From Chiloscyllium plagiosum (lineage: Eukaryota): 47,975 bases of DNA. This document shows positions 35,415-47,425 of this stretch, one piece after another. The first letter of the stretch is position 1; each line of letters begins with the position of its first letter. Position numbers and translations under genes: made by a program. The stretch is from contig NC_057751.1 of NCBI RefSeq assembly GCF_004010195.1, positions 16,103,969-16,151,943 of the forward strand, read 5' to 3'. The notes below the pieces were generated by a model. That model was not told where the DNA came from and did not search any database. It saw nothing but the letters and a program-made list of their open reading frames with translations.

Positions 35415-36420
35415 CCTGACTTGTGCCTTGTCCATGGTGGATAGGCTTTGGGGAGTTACTCGCTGCAGGATTCCCAGCCTCTGAGCTGCTCTTGTAGCCC
35501 TGTGTTTATATGGGGCTGGTCCAGTTCAGACTCCGGTCAGTGGTAACCCCCAGGATGTCATATTGGGAATTTCACTGATGGCAACGTCAATGAACATCAA
35601 AGAGCCATAGCGAGATTCTCGCTCGTTGAAGATGGTAACTCCCAGGATGTTGATAGTGGCGGATTCAGTGTTGGTAACATCATTGAATGTCAAGGAGCAA
35701 TGTTTAGAGTCTCTCTTATTGGAGAAGGTTAACCCCCAGGATGTTGATAATGGGGGATTCAGTGATGGTAACACTGCTGACGTCAAGGGGTAAGGGTTAG
35801 ATTCTCTCTTATTGGAGATGGTAACGCCCAGGGTGTTGATAGTGGTTCGGGGTGGGGGGGAGGGGTCGGCATTCAGTGATGGTAATACTGTTGAATGTCA
35901 AGGACATGATGGTTAGATTCTCTCTTACTGTTGATGGTAATTCCCAGGATGTTGACAGTGGGTGGGGGGCTGGGGGGGCAGGGAATTCAATGATGGTAAC
36001 AACATTGAATGTCAAGGGGGCGATGGTTAGATTCTCTCTTATTGGAGACAGGAACTCCAAGGTTGTTGATAGTGGGGGATTCAGTGATGGAGCAATGGTT
36101 AGATTCTCTCCTGTTGGAGATGGTAACCCCCAGGATGTTGATAGTGGGGGATTCAGTGATGGAGCGATGGTTAGATACTCTCTTGTTGGAGACAGTAACC
36201 CCAGGATGTTAATAGTTGGGGGACTCAGTGATGGAGCGATGGTTAGATTCTCTCTTGTTGGAGACGGTAACCCCCAGGATGTTGATAGTTGGGGGTATTC
36301 AGTGATGGAGTGATGGTTAGATTCTCTCTTGTTGGAGACGGTAACCCCAGGATGTTGAGAGTGGGGGATTCAGTGATGGAGCGATGGCTAGATTCTCTCT
36401 TGTTGGAGATGCCTGGCATT
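35415..36420 (-). repeat. LINE RT fragment expanded into a tandem array (92-116 bp units, then about 72 bp units)
   Basis: repeated LTFN..TI.ES.TINILGVTI coding segment; unit starts 35541, 35633, 35726, 35819, 35935, 36049, 36121, 36193... Confidence 0.88.
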
Positions 36421-37361
36421 TGAATAAAAAGTCACTTTACAGCCAAGCTCTAAAGCAACCTTCTGTCTTCCAGATGTGCAGAGAATTTCAACCTCAACTT
36501 CTCGGTGTGTGTTTTGATGTTGATGCAAGGGGAATGGATTCCAAATGAGTGAGAGAGAGGTGGTGGGGAAAAGCAAGACATACCACTGGTTGGATTGGGG
36601 ATGATTAGAATCGAAAGTAATGCTTAACGTGAAATCAGTGGGGGAAACGATAAGTGACAGGTTTCTCTGGCTTTTTCACAGCTGCCAGAACATGATACCC
36701 ATTCCCAACTCTATTCAGTGAGAGGCAATTTAAGAACATCTGTATGAAAAAGACTATTATGATTCACATTGCAAGCACAAGTCTGTTAATCACTGTGTGA
36801 GCAATGCAAAAATGAGAAAACAAATAATAAGTCAAAGAAACGGCATTAAAAAAAAAGGAATTAATCAAGCAATTTACTCATAACAAATGAATACTCAGTA
36901 GCTCCATGGGAATAAAATGGTCAAGCACAACAGCAAAACAATGAGGAGCAAAAACTCAAATCAGTTAAAACAGAGATTGCTCAACTGTTGTCTCGCAAAT
37001 ATTGGTTACTTTCCTACCACCAACAGTATGTACAGTCAGAGACATTTGGAGAAAAAAACACCATTCAGCCCACTGTGTCTGTGCTGTCCCTTTGAAAGAG
37101 CTACCCCATTCCCTTTGCTCTTTCCTGTGTTGCCATTAAAATGTCTTTGCCTCAAGTGCTCATCTGACTCTTCTAGAGTGGTGCTGTTGAGTCTGCTTCC
37201 AACATCCTTTCAGGCAGTGTGTTCCTCATACTGTTGTGTCTTATGGGTGAAGTGCACCAATAAGCAAGTCCCACTGCTCCACAGGTCACACCTTGAACAT
37301 AAATCCTTTGATTCAATCACTAAAAATGTTTAATACAAATCAACGCTGACTGTTAACAACA

Positions 37362-38270
37362 AGTGGCAAAATTGCAGCTTTATAAGACTTTAGTTCCGCC
37401 ATGCTTCGAATATTGCATTCAATTCTGGTCGCCACATTACAGGAAAGATGTGGATGCTTTAGAGCGTGTGCAGAAGAGGTTTGCCAGGATGCAGCCTGGA
37501 TTAGAGAGTCTGAGCTACAAGGAAAGGCGAGACAAACTCAGGTTGTTTTCTCTTGAGCAGCAAAGATTCAGGGGAGACTTGATAGAAGTCAAGAAAACTA
37601 TGAGATGCAGGGTTGACTGTCAGAATCTTTTTCCCAGATTTGAAATGTCCAATACTACGGGGCACGCATTTAAGGCGAGAGGGGAATGTTCAAAGGAATG
37701 TGAGGGGCATGTTTTTTACACAGAGAATGGTAGGCGTCTGGAATGCGCTGCCAGGTTTGGTGGTGGAGGCAGATACTATAGAGGCATTTCAGGGACTTTG
37801 AGATAAGCACATGGATATCGTGTTTCAGGCAGGGCTCCTCTGAGGCGGGGAGAAGAGGAGAGAGAAAAGGGAGTCTTAAGGGCGGCACAGTGACTCAGTG
37901 GTTAGCACTGCACATCACAGGAACCCAGGTTCGATTCCAGCCTCAGGCAATTGTCTGTGTGGAGTTTGCACATTCTCCCCATGTCCGCATGGGTTTCCTC
38001 CCACAGTCCAAAGATGTGCAGGTCAGGTGGAGTGACCATGCTAAATCGCCCACAGTGTTAGGGGCATTAGTCAGAGGGAAATGGGTCTGGGTGGGTTGAT
38101 GTGGATTGTTGGGCCAAATGGCCTGTTTCCACATTGTAGGGAATCTAGTCTAATATGGAGGCATATGGACCAAGGGCAGGCAGGAGGGATTAGTTTTTAA
38201 TTTGGCATCATGTTTGGCACAATACCGTGGGCTGAAGGGCCCGTTGCTGGGTTGTACTGTTCTATGTTCT
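37362..38270 (+). mobile_element. CR1 LINE 3' fragment interrupted by a SINE
   Basis: ORF 37363-37806 LYKTLV...EYCIQFWSPHYRKD; resumes near 38154. Confidence 0.9.
37880..38152 (+). mobile_element. V-SINE (HE1-like)
   Basis: gggcggcacagtgactcagtggttagc, ggttcgattcc, tail gggaatctagtcta. Confidence 0.88.
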
Positions 38271-38794
38271 AACTGATTAACATCTTAGCTATAATCTGGA
38301 ATTAGAACTAAAGTTCTTTTTAATCCCCAACACAGCACAAAAGACAAGAACCCTTACTAGTTAATGATCTGTAAAAGGAGAGAAGGAATTTCATGAATTC
38401 TCAGAGTCTGCCGGGTGTCTTCTTGATGAAATCGAACTGCTGACTGATGTAAATTGATAGAAGCTCTTCCAAACAAAGCTTTGATTTGGATAGGATCCAA
38501 ATCTTTAGATTGTGGTCACATTTCAGCTTCTCAGGGTTGACAAAGTAATCAAAATACTGAGGTGTGGAAACTTTATCAGGTTCCCAAATACTTCAACCAA
38601 GATGCCTTCACATCTTTCCGAAAATGTGATTCCCAGAACTAAACACAGTATTCAGGTTGAGGCCAAACCTTTTATAAAGGTTTTTCATAACTTCCTTGCT
38701 TCTGAACTTGATGCCGGAATTTATAAAATCCAAGCTGCTGTAAGTTCTGAAGGAAGGTCACATCTCAGGAACTTGAAATGTTAACTCTGTTTAT

Positions 38795-39660
38795 TGAACC
38801 ATACAACACAGAAACAGATCCTGCAGGCCAACCAGTCCATACCGACCAGGTTTGCACCCTGAACTAGTCCCATTTGCCCACATTTGGCCCATAGCTTTCC
38901 AAACCTTTCCTACACATGTACCTGTCCAAATGTAATTTAAATGTTGGAACTGTACCTACATATACCATTTCCTCTGGAAGTTCATTCCACACATGAACCA
39001 TCCTCCTTGAAAGTATTGTCACAGGTAGACGAGGTGGTGAAGAAGGCATTTGATATGCTTGCCTTTATTGGTCAGTGCATTGAGTACAGGAGTTGGGAGG
39101 TCATGTTGTGGTCGTACAGGACATCAGTTAGCCCCTTTTGAAATATTGCGTGCAATTCAGGTCTCTTTCCTATTGGAAAGATGTTGTGAAACTTGAAAGG
39201 GTTCAGAAAAGATTTGCAAGGATGTTGCCAGAGTTGGAGGATTTGAGCTACAGGGAGAGGCTGAATCAGCTGGGGCTGTTTTCCCTGGAGCGTCGGAGGC
39301 CGAGGGGTGACCTTATAGAAGTGTATAAAATCATGAGAGGCATGGATAGGGTAAATAGCCAAGGTCTTTTCCCCTGGATAGGGAAGTCCAAAACTAGGTT
39401 TAAGGTGAGAGGAGAAAGCTTTGAAAGGGACCTGAGGGGTAACTTTTTCACGCAGAGGGTGGTGCATGTATTGATTGAGCTGCCAGAGGAAGTAGTGGAG
39501 GCACTTTTAAAAGGCATCTGGATGGGTATATGAATAGGAAAGACTTAGAGGGAATATGGATGCTGGCAAATGGGACTCGATTAATTTTGGATATCTGGTC
39601 AGCATACACAAGTTGAACTGAAGGGTCTGTTTTGATACTGTACATCTCTATGTCTCTTTA
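38795..39660. mobile_element. two CR1 3' fragments back-to-back (38795-39010 minus, 39010-39660 plus)
   Basis: ORFs 38864-39049 (-) and 39138-39533 (+). Confidence 0.88.
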
Positions 39661-39804
39661 TAACTCTAACTGCAAATGCTGGAAATCAGAATCAAAAACT
39701 GGTCGTTTTTGATGCTGGAAATCATAATCAAAAATCTGTCAGCATCTGTGGAGAGAAAGGAGAGTTAACATTTCACTGGACCCTTTTTTCAGAATTAAGA
39801 AATA

Positions 39805-40435
39805 GACCATAAGACTGTAAGAAATAGGAATGGAAGTAAGGCCATTCAGCCCATCGAGCCCACTCTGCCATTCAATCATGGCTGATGGGCATTTCAACGC
39901 CACTTACCCGCACTCTCCCCGTATCCCTTAATTCCTTGCGAGATTAAGAATTTATCAGTCTCTGCCTTGAAGACATTTAACATCCCGGACTCCACTGTGC
40001 TCCGTGGCAATGAATTCCACAGGCTCACCACTCTCTGGCTGGAGGAATGTCTCCTCATTTCCATTCTAAATTGACCCCCTCTAATTCTAAGGCGATGCCC
40101 ATGAGTCCTAGTATCCCCACCTGATGGAAACAATTTCTCAGCGTCCAACCTTTCTAAGCCATGAATTACCTTGTAAGTTTGTATTAGATCTCCCCTCAAC
40201 CTTCTAAAATCAAATGAATACAATCCCAGGATCCTCAGCCGTTCATTGCATGTTAGGCCTACCATTCCAGGGATCATCCGTGTGAATCTCCGCTGGACAT
40301 GCTCCAGTGCCAGTATGTCCTTCCTGAGGTGTGGGGCCCAAAACTGGACACAGTATTATAAATGGGACTTAACCAGAGCTTTACAAAGTCTCAGTAGCAC
40401 GTCACTGCTTTTACATTCCAACTCTCTTGAGATAA
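39805..40435 (-). mobile_element. CR1/L2 LINE 3' fragment
   Basis: ORF 39894-40277; accataagac tail. Confidence 0.9.
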
Positions 40436-40845
40436 GGTCAGAACAGGTTGGTATATCTGCTAGAAAAGAAGTGGGGAGAGAGGGAAGGAGTAAGTAGTGG
40501 GTGGGGATGGAGCCCAGAGAGAGAGAGAGAAAAACCATTGGTCAGCCTGGGAGAAAGAATAGCTGCAAATGGGGACCATCAGTGGCTGACAAAAACTGGT
40601 TGTTTGTGGTAATAGCCCATGTGATGACAAGGAGAAAGTGAGGACTGCAGATGCTGGAGATCAGAGCTTAAAAATGTGTTGCTGGAAAAGCGCAGCAGTT
40701 CAGGCAGCATCAAAGGAACAGGAGAATCAACGTTTCAGGCATAAGCCCTTCTTCAGGAATGAGGAGGGTGTGCCAAGCAGGCTAAGATAAAAGGTAGGGA
40801 GGAGTGACTTGGGGGAGGGGCGTTGGGAATACGATAGGTGGAAGG

Positions 40846-41442
40846 NNNNNNNNNNNNNNNNNNNNNNNNNNNNNNNNNNNNNNNNNNNNNNNNNNNNNNN
40901 NNNNNNNNNNNNNNNNNNNNNNNNNNNNNNNNNNNNNNNNNNNNNNNNNNNNNNNNNNNNNNNNNNNNNNNNNNNNNNNNNNNNNNNNNNNNNNNNNNNN
41001 NNNNNNNNNNNNNNNNNNNNNNNNNNNNNNNNNNNNNNNNNNNNNNNNNNNNNNNNNNNNNNNNNNNNNNNNNNNNNNNNNNNNNNNNNNNNNNNNNNNN
41101 NNNNNNNNNNNNNNNNNNNNNNNNNNNNNNNNNNNNNNNNNNNNNNNNNNNNNNNNNNNNNNNNNNNNNNNNNNNNNNNNNNNNNNNNNNNNNNNNNNNN
41201 NNNNNNNNNNNNNNNNNNNNNNNNNNNNNNNNNNNNNNNNNNNNNNNNNNNNNNNNNNNNNNNNNNNNNNNNNNNNNNNNNNNNNNNNNNNNNNNNNNNN
41301 NNNNNNNNNNNNNNNNNNNNNNNNNNNNNNNNNNNNNNNNNNNNNNNNNNNNNNNNNNNNNNNNNNNNNNNNNNNNNNNNNNNNNNNNNNNNNNNNNNNN
41401 NNNNNNNNNNNNNNNNNNNNNNNNNNNNNNNNNNNNNNNNNN
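40846..41442. other. assembly gap
   Basis: run of N. Confidence 1.
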
Positions 41443-41587
41443 CTTCCCGGCCTCTCTGCCCCTGCCCCCATCCCCTCTCCGGCCTATCACCCTCACCTCC
41501 TTCCACCTATCGTATTCCCAACGCCCCTCCCCCAATTCCCTCTTCCCTACCTTTTATCCTAGCCTGCTTGGCACACCCTCCGCATTC

Positions 41588-41615
41588 CTGAAGAAGGGCT
41601 TATGCCCGAAACGTC
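41588..41615 (+). ncRNA. minimal hammerhead ribozyme core
   Basis: CUGAAGA-A-GGGC-uuau-GCCC-GAA-ACGU-C. Confidence 0.62.
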
Positions 41616-42650
41616 GATTCTGCTGTTCCTTTGATGCTGCCTGGCCTGCTGCGCTTTTCCAGCAACACATTTTTAAGCATGTGATGACAAGGCCTGGTGT
41701 GTGTGAGGGTTGCGGGAAGGACATGGGAGTAGGTGCCCAGGCCCTAAAACCATTGACTTGATGTTAAATCCAGAAGGTTGCAGGATCCTGAAGTGAAAAA
41801 TTACGTTCTTCCACCCTCTGCTCCCTCCCACTTCTCAACATGGTTAACCGCACTGGCGAGCGAAGGGGATGACAGGCCAAATCATGCAAAAGCATGATGG
41901 AAAGAATTTCCATTGTCCACCATTAACGGGCCCAGCTCTGAAGTACACATTGTGTGTAACAACTTCAACTTGGACTCCTGCAGGGAGCTACCATCCACCA
42001 CACAGTCCAGCTTTGAAGCCATCTGTACATAAATAATGGACAATACGAACCACATTAAAATGCCAGACAATTACAGTAATTCATTGCTGCATTAGTGACC
42101 AGCAATGGTGAGAGGGCACTTAAAATAGTTCACTGCGCCACAGCGATAATCCATTTGTAGTCATGGAAATGGAGACAGAGCTCCCATGCAGTATTTTGAG
42201 GGATAGATAGTTATATATTTAAAGGCTCAATTAGAAATTTTTTTTGATCTGGGTTACATGAAAGTTGGCGATCATAGCAGAGAGACCAGCGAGTTCAATT
42301 TGAAGAGATACTGGGTAGATTTAACACCAAACACTGCAATCTGTATTTCTATCCTCAAATAAAATGCAATGTTGCTTCCAGCTGGATATTTTCCAGCGAC
42401 TTCCGCAGCTTGAATCTGTGAATCCCTTTATATTTGGGAACCCTTGACTGTTGCTTCCATGACCGGATTTAGCTTACCCAGGCCAAAGATGTGCCTAACA
42501 CATGACGATGCAGTGCAAGGTGGCCCTTTCGGTGGGGAATTAAGTGCTGAATGCAACATAAAGAGGCTGCAAAGAATGTAAGAACTGGGAGCAGGCCATT
42601 CAGTCCCTCGAGCCTGCTCCACCGTTCAATACCATCATGGCTGATCTCAT

Positions 42651-43540
42651 CGTGAAAGGTCAAGGGACAGGTAGCATTGAGGAGGCAGGGAAGCTGCAGA
42701 AGGATTTGGATAGGCGAGGAGAGTGGGCAAAGAAGGGGCAGATGGAGTACAATGTGGGAAAGTCTGAGGTCATGCACTTTGGTCGGAAGAATAGAAGCAT
42801 GGACTATTTCCTCAACGGGGAGAAAATTCAGAAGTCTGAAGTTCAAAGAGACTTGGGAGTTCTAGTCCAGGATTCTTTCACGGTAAACTTGCAGGTTGAG
42901 TCAGTAGTTAGGCAGGCAAATATAATGATGGCATGTATTTTGAGAGGACTTGAATATAAAAGCAGGGATGTACTTCTGAGGCTCTATAAGGTGCAGGTTA
43001 GACAACATTTGGAATATTGTGCGCAGATCTGTGCCCCATGTCTCAGGAAGCGTGTTTGGAGGAGGTTCATGAGAATGGTCCCAGGAATGAAAAGCTTAAC
43101 ACATGAGGAACATTTGAGGAGTCTCGGTTTGTACTCGATGGAGTTTAGAAGGGTGATGGGATCTAATTGAAACATAGAGAATACTAAATGGCCTGGACAG
43201 GGTAGATTTTGGGAAAATGTTTCCATTTGTAGGAGAAACTAAGATCCAAGGTCACAGCCTTAGAGTAAAGGGAAGACGTTTTAGGACGGAGATAAGGAGA
43301 AACTTCTTCAGCCAGAGCGTGGTGAATCTATGGAATTCATTGCCACAGAAAGCTATGGAGGCCAGGTCATTGAGTATATTTAAGACTGAGATAGATTGGT
43401 TCTTTGTACCAAGGGTTACAGGGAGAAAGCGGGAGAATGGGGTTAAGAAATCTATCAGCAATGATTCAATGGCGGAGTGGACCCAATGGGCTGAATGGCC
43501 TAATTTCTGTAACAATGTCATATGCTCTTATGGTTTCTTA
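42651..43540 (+). mobile_element. CR1 LINE 3' fragment (nested)
   Basis: ORFs 42637-43170 LQKDLDR...QRDLGVLV and 43217 FFSQSVVNLWNSLP. Confidence 0.92.
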
Positions 43541-43761
43541 TCTCAGCCTCAAATCCATTTTCCTGCCCCACTCTCCATCACCCCTCAACTTGTTACCAAT
43601 TCAAAATCTATCTTCTTCTTAAATTTATTCAATGCCCCAGTGTCCACGTCACTCTGGGGAGTGAATTCCACTCCTTATCCTAAAACAATGCCCATTTGTT
43701 CCAGATTGCCCCACGTGAGGAAACATCCTCTCTCTGTCTACTGTGTCAGTCTCCTTTAATG

Positions 43762-45138
43762 TAGAGTCATACAGATGTACAGCATGGAAACAGATCCTTC
43801 GGTGCAACCCGTCCATGCCGACCAGATATCCCAACCCACTCTAGTCCCACCTGCCAGCACCCGGCCCATATCCCTCCAAACCCTTCCTATTCATATACCC
43901 ATCCAAATCCCTTTTAANNNNNNNNNNNNNNNNNNNNNNNNNNNNNNNNNNNNNNNNNNNNNNNNNNNNNNNNNNNNNNNNNNNNNNNNNNNNNNNNNNN
44001 NNNNNNNNNNNNNNNNNNNNNNNNNNNNNNNNNNNNNNNNNNNNNNNNNNNNNNNNNNNNNNNNNNNNNNNNNNNNNNNNNNNNNNNNNNNNNNNNNNNN
44101 NNNNNNNNNNNNNNNNNNNNNNNNNNNNNNNNNNNNNNNNNNNNNNNNNNNNNNNNNNNNNNNNNNNNNNNNNNNNNNNNNNNNNNNNNNNNNNNNNNNN
44201 NNNNNNNNNNNNNNNNNNNNNNNNNNNNNNNNNNNNNNNNNNNNNNNNNNNNNNNNNNNNNNNNNNNNNNNNNNNNNNNNNNNNNNNNNNNNNNNNNNNN
44301 NNNNNNNNNNNNNNNNNNNNNNNNNNNNNNNNNNNNNNNNNNNNNNNNNNNNNNNNNNNNNNNNNNNNNNNNNNNNNNNNNNNNNNNNNNNNNNNNNNNN
44401 NNNNNNNNNNNNNNNNNNNNNNNNNNNNNNNNNNNNNNNNNNNNNNNNNNNNNNNNNNNNNNNNNNNNNNNNNNNNNNNNNNNNNNNNNNNNNNNNNNNN
44501 NNNNNNNNNNNNNNNNNNNNNNNNNNNNNNNNNNNNNNNNNNNNNNNNNNNNNNNNNNNNNNNNNNNNNNNNNNNNNNNNNNNNNNNNNNNNNNNNNNNN
44601 NNNNNNNNNNNNNNNNNNNNNNNNNNNNNNNNNNNNNNNNNNNNNNNNNNNNNNNNNNNNNNNNNNNNNNNNNNNNNNNNNNNNNNNNNNNNNNNNNNNN
44701 NNNNNNNNNNNNNNNNNNNNNNNNNNNNNNNNNNNTGTTGACTATCCCTAATCAGTCCATGCCTTTCCAAATACATGTACATCCTGTCCCTCAGGATTCC
44801 CTCTGACAACTTGCCCACCACCGAGGTCAGGCTCACTGGTCTATAGTTCCCTGGCTTGTCCTTACCACCCTTCAAAAACAGTGGCACCATGTTAGCCAAC
44901 CTCCAGTCTTCCGACACATCACCTGTGACTATCGATGATACAAATATCTCAGCAAGAGGCCCAGCAATCACTTCTCTAGCTTCCCACAGAGTTCTAGGGT
45001 ACACCTGATCAGATCCTGGGGATTTATCCACTTTTATGCGTTTCAAGACATCCAGCACTTCCTCCTCTGTAATATGGACATTTTTCAAGAAGTCACCATC
45101 TATTTCCCTACATTCTATATCTTCCATGCCCTTTTGCA
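43762..45138 (-). mobile_element. young CR1 LINE, same subfamily as 452-2116
   Basis: DKSPGSDQVYPRTLWEAREVIAGPL...PGNYRPVSLTS is nearly identical to ORF 1244-1927. Confidence 0.93.
43918..44735. other. assembly gap
   Basis: run of N. Confidence 1.
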
Positions 45139-45254
45139 CAGCAGACAGATCTCCTTTCAGTCTTCCAAACTCTGGAAAGTATGGGCCTCGACTGCTCAGT
45201 CACTCATCAGAGGACAAATCCTTTATCGCTGGACTCAATCTAGTTAACCTTTGC

Positions 45255-46065
45255 AGATGGAGTTTAATCCGGGTAAGTGTGAGGTGCTGCTCTTTGGGAG
45301 ATCAAATGTTAAGGAAAAGTATACAGCTTTGCATATAGTATACAGTATAAAGCAGGACCTTTGACAGCACTGATGTTGGGGTTCTTGGGATTCATGTTCA
45401 TAGCTCCCTGAACGTAGCCATGCAAATAGACAGGGTAATAAAGAAGGCATATGGTATGCTTGCCTTTATTGGTCAGGGAATTAAGTACATCAGTCAGGAT
45501 GGCATGTTGCAGATTTATAAAACTTTGCTTAGGCTGCACTTAAAAGTATTGCATTCAATTCAGATTGCCACATTGCAGAAGGATGTAGAGTCTTTGGAGA
45601 GGGTGCACAAGGGGTTTACCAGCAACCTCCCTGGATTAGAGGGGATGAGCTGCAAGGAGAGGCTAGAAAAACATGAGTTGTTTTATCTGGAGCAGCGAAG
45701 GTTCAGGGGAGACTTGATTGAAGTCTATAAATTTATGAAATGCATAGATAGAGTTGACAGTCATAATCTTTTTTCCAGAGCTGAAATGTCTAAAAACGAG
45801 GGGACATGCATTTAAGATGAGAAGGGGAAAGTTCAAAGGAGATGTGAGGGGCAAGTTTTTTTTTCAGGATCTGGAACATGTTGCCAGAGGTAGTTGTGGA
45901 AGCATATACGAAAGGGACATTTAAGGGACTTTTAAATAAGCACGAAAAAAGCAAGGAATGGATGGATATGGAACAAGGGCAGGCAGATGGGATTCATCTA
46001 ATATGGCATTATGTTTGACACAACATCGTGGGCCAAAGGGTCTGCTCCTGTGCTGAACTGTCTCT
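45255..46065 (+). mobile_element. CR1 LINE 3' fragment (nested)
   Basis: ORF 45420-45815 KKAYGMLAFIGQG. Confidence 0.9.
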
Positions 46066-46704
46066 CGCGCAACTAGATTCCTCCTGAAGTAAGGGGACTA
46101 AAATTGTCCACAGTACTCCAGGTGTGTTCTCACTCATATCTTATCCAATTGCGGTTACACTTCCCTACTTTTATACCCTATTCCTTTCACAATAAATGCC
46201 AAAATTCCATGTGTGTTCCTATTACCAGCTGTACCTGCAAACTGGTTTTCTGTAGACACCCAGATCCCTCTGCACCAAAGCACTCTGAAGTTTCTCTCCA
46301 TTCACATGATAAATTATTATTCCATTCCTTTGATCAAAATGGATAACCTCACATTATCCACATTAAACACCAAATTTTGGCCCATTCACTGAACCTATCC
46401 ATATCCATTTGTAAGCTTATTTCTTCACTGTTAATTACTTTCAACAGCGTTCCGACTGATTGGTTGACCAAGCGAGAGCAGGGCAGATGGATTACAATGC
46501 GGCAACGTGGAAAATTATTCAAATGGATCTAAATGGTCAGAGATCATGGGTAATGTTTCCAGTCAGTGGGATCTGGGTGTCCCTGTACACAATTTCAGCA
46601 AGTTAACACACAGAGCCTGGGAGCTATTAGTGAAGCCCATAATATGGTGGCATTTGTGAGAGAGAGGTTAGTGCATAAAGCTTGAAGTATTGTGTGCAAT
46701 TAAG

Positions 46705-46875
46705 ATTAGCTCAGTTAGCTGAATGGCTGGTTTGTGATGCTAACAGCTTACGTTCAATTCCTGCACTAGCTAATGTTACCATGGAGACCTCTCCCCTGAC
46801 TTGAGGCATAGTGATCCTCAGGTTAAACCAGCCCAAGATATCTCTCTCCAATAGGAGTACAGCTCTGTGGTCTGA
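46705..46875 (+). mobile_element. tRNA-derived SINE, second family
   Basis: tagctcagttagc, gttcaattcc, caggttaaacca. Confidence 0.75.
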
Positions 46876-46894
46876 TAGGAGTATAGCACTTTTA

Positions 46895-47425
46895 CTATGT
46901 TTTCCTTTATTGGTAAGTGCATTGAGTATAGGAGTTGGGAAGTCATGTTGTGGCTGTACAATACATTGGTGAGGCCACTTTTGGAAAACTGCATGCAATT
47001 CTGGTCACCCTACTTTTGGAAGGATGTTGTGAAACTAGAAAGAGTTCAGAAAAGAATTATGAGGATGATACCAGGGTTGGAGAATTTATGCTCCAGGGAG
47101 AGACTGAATAGGCTGGGGTTATTTTCAGAGCATCAGAGGCTGAGGGGGTGAATTATAGAGGTTTATAAGATCATGAGGGGCACGGATACGATAAGTAGAC
47201 AAGGTCTTTTTCCCCAGGGTAAATGAGTCCAAAACTAGAGGGGCATAGGTTTAAGGTGAGAGGGGAAAGATTTAAAACAGACCTAAGAGGCAACATTTTC
47301 ACACAGAGGGTGGTACATGTGTGGAATGAGCTGCCAGAGGAAGTGGTGGAGGCTGGTACAATGACAGCATTTAAAAGGCATCTGGATGGGTATATGAATA
47401 GGAAGGGTTTAAAGGGATACGGGTT
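46895..47425 (+). mobile_element. CR1 LINE 3' fragment
   Basis: ORFs 46897-47151 and 47223-47534. Confidence 0.92.

Larger units (their letters stand above)
40633..41677. mobile_element. Penelope-like family A element with long inverted arms spanning a gap
   Basis: left arm 40633-40845 is inverse to right arm 41443-41677; TSD catgtgatgacaagg at 40618-40632 and 41678-41692. Confidence 0.85.
42575..46420 (-). mobile_element. old CR1/L2 LINE split by three nested LINEs
   Basis: host pieces 42575-42650, ~43540-43760, ~45145-45250, ~46065-46420; ggctgatctcat|ctcagcctcaaatcc rejoins as in the copy at 23260. Confidence 0.7.

Noticed and set aside
35852..36313. 153 aa repeat protein; CRISPR-like periodicity
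   Set aside because: Antisense of tandem LINE RT segments; no spacers, no cas genes, eukaryotic context
40727..45139. Long ORFs of 229-432 aa
   Set aside because: Mostly read-through of N gaps
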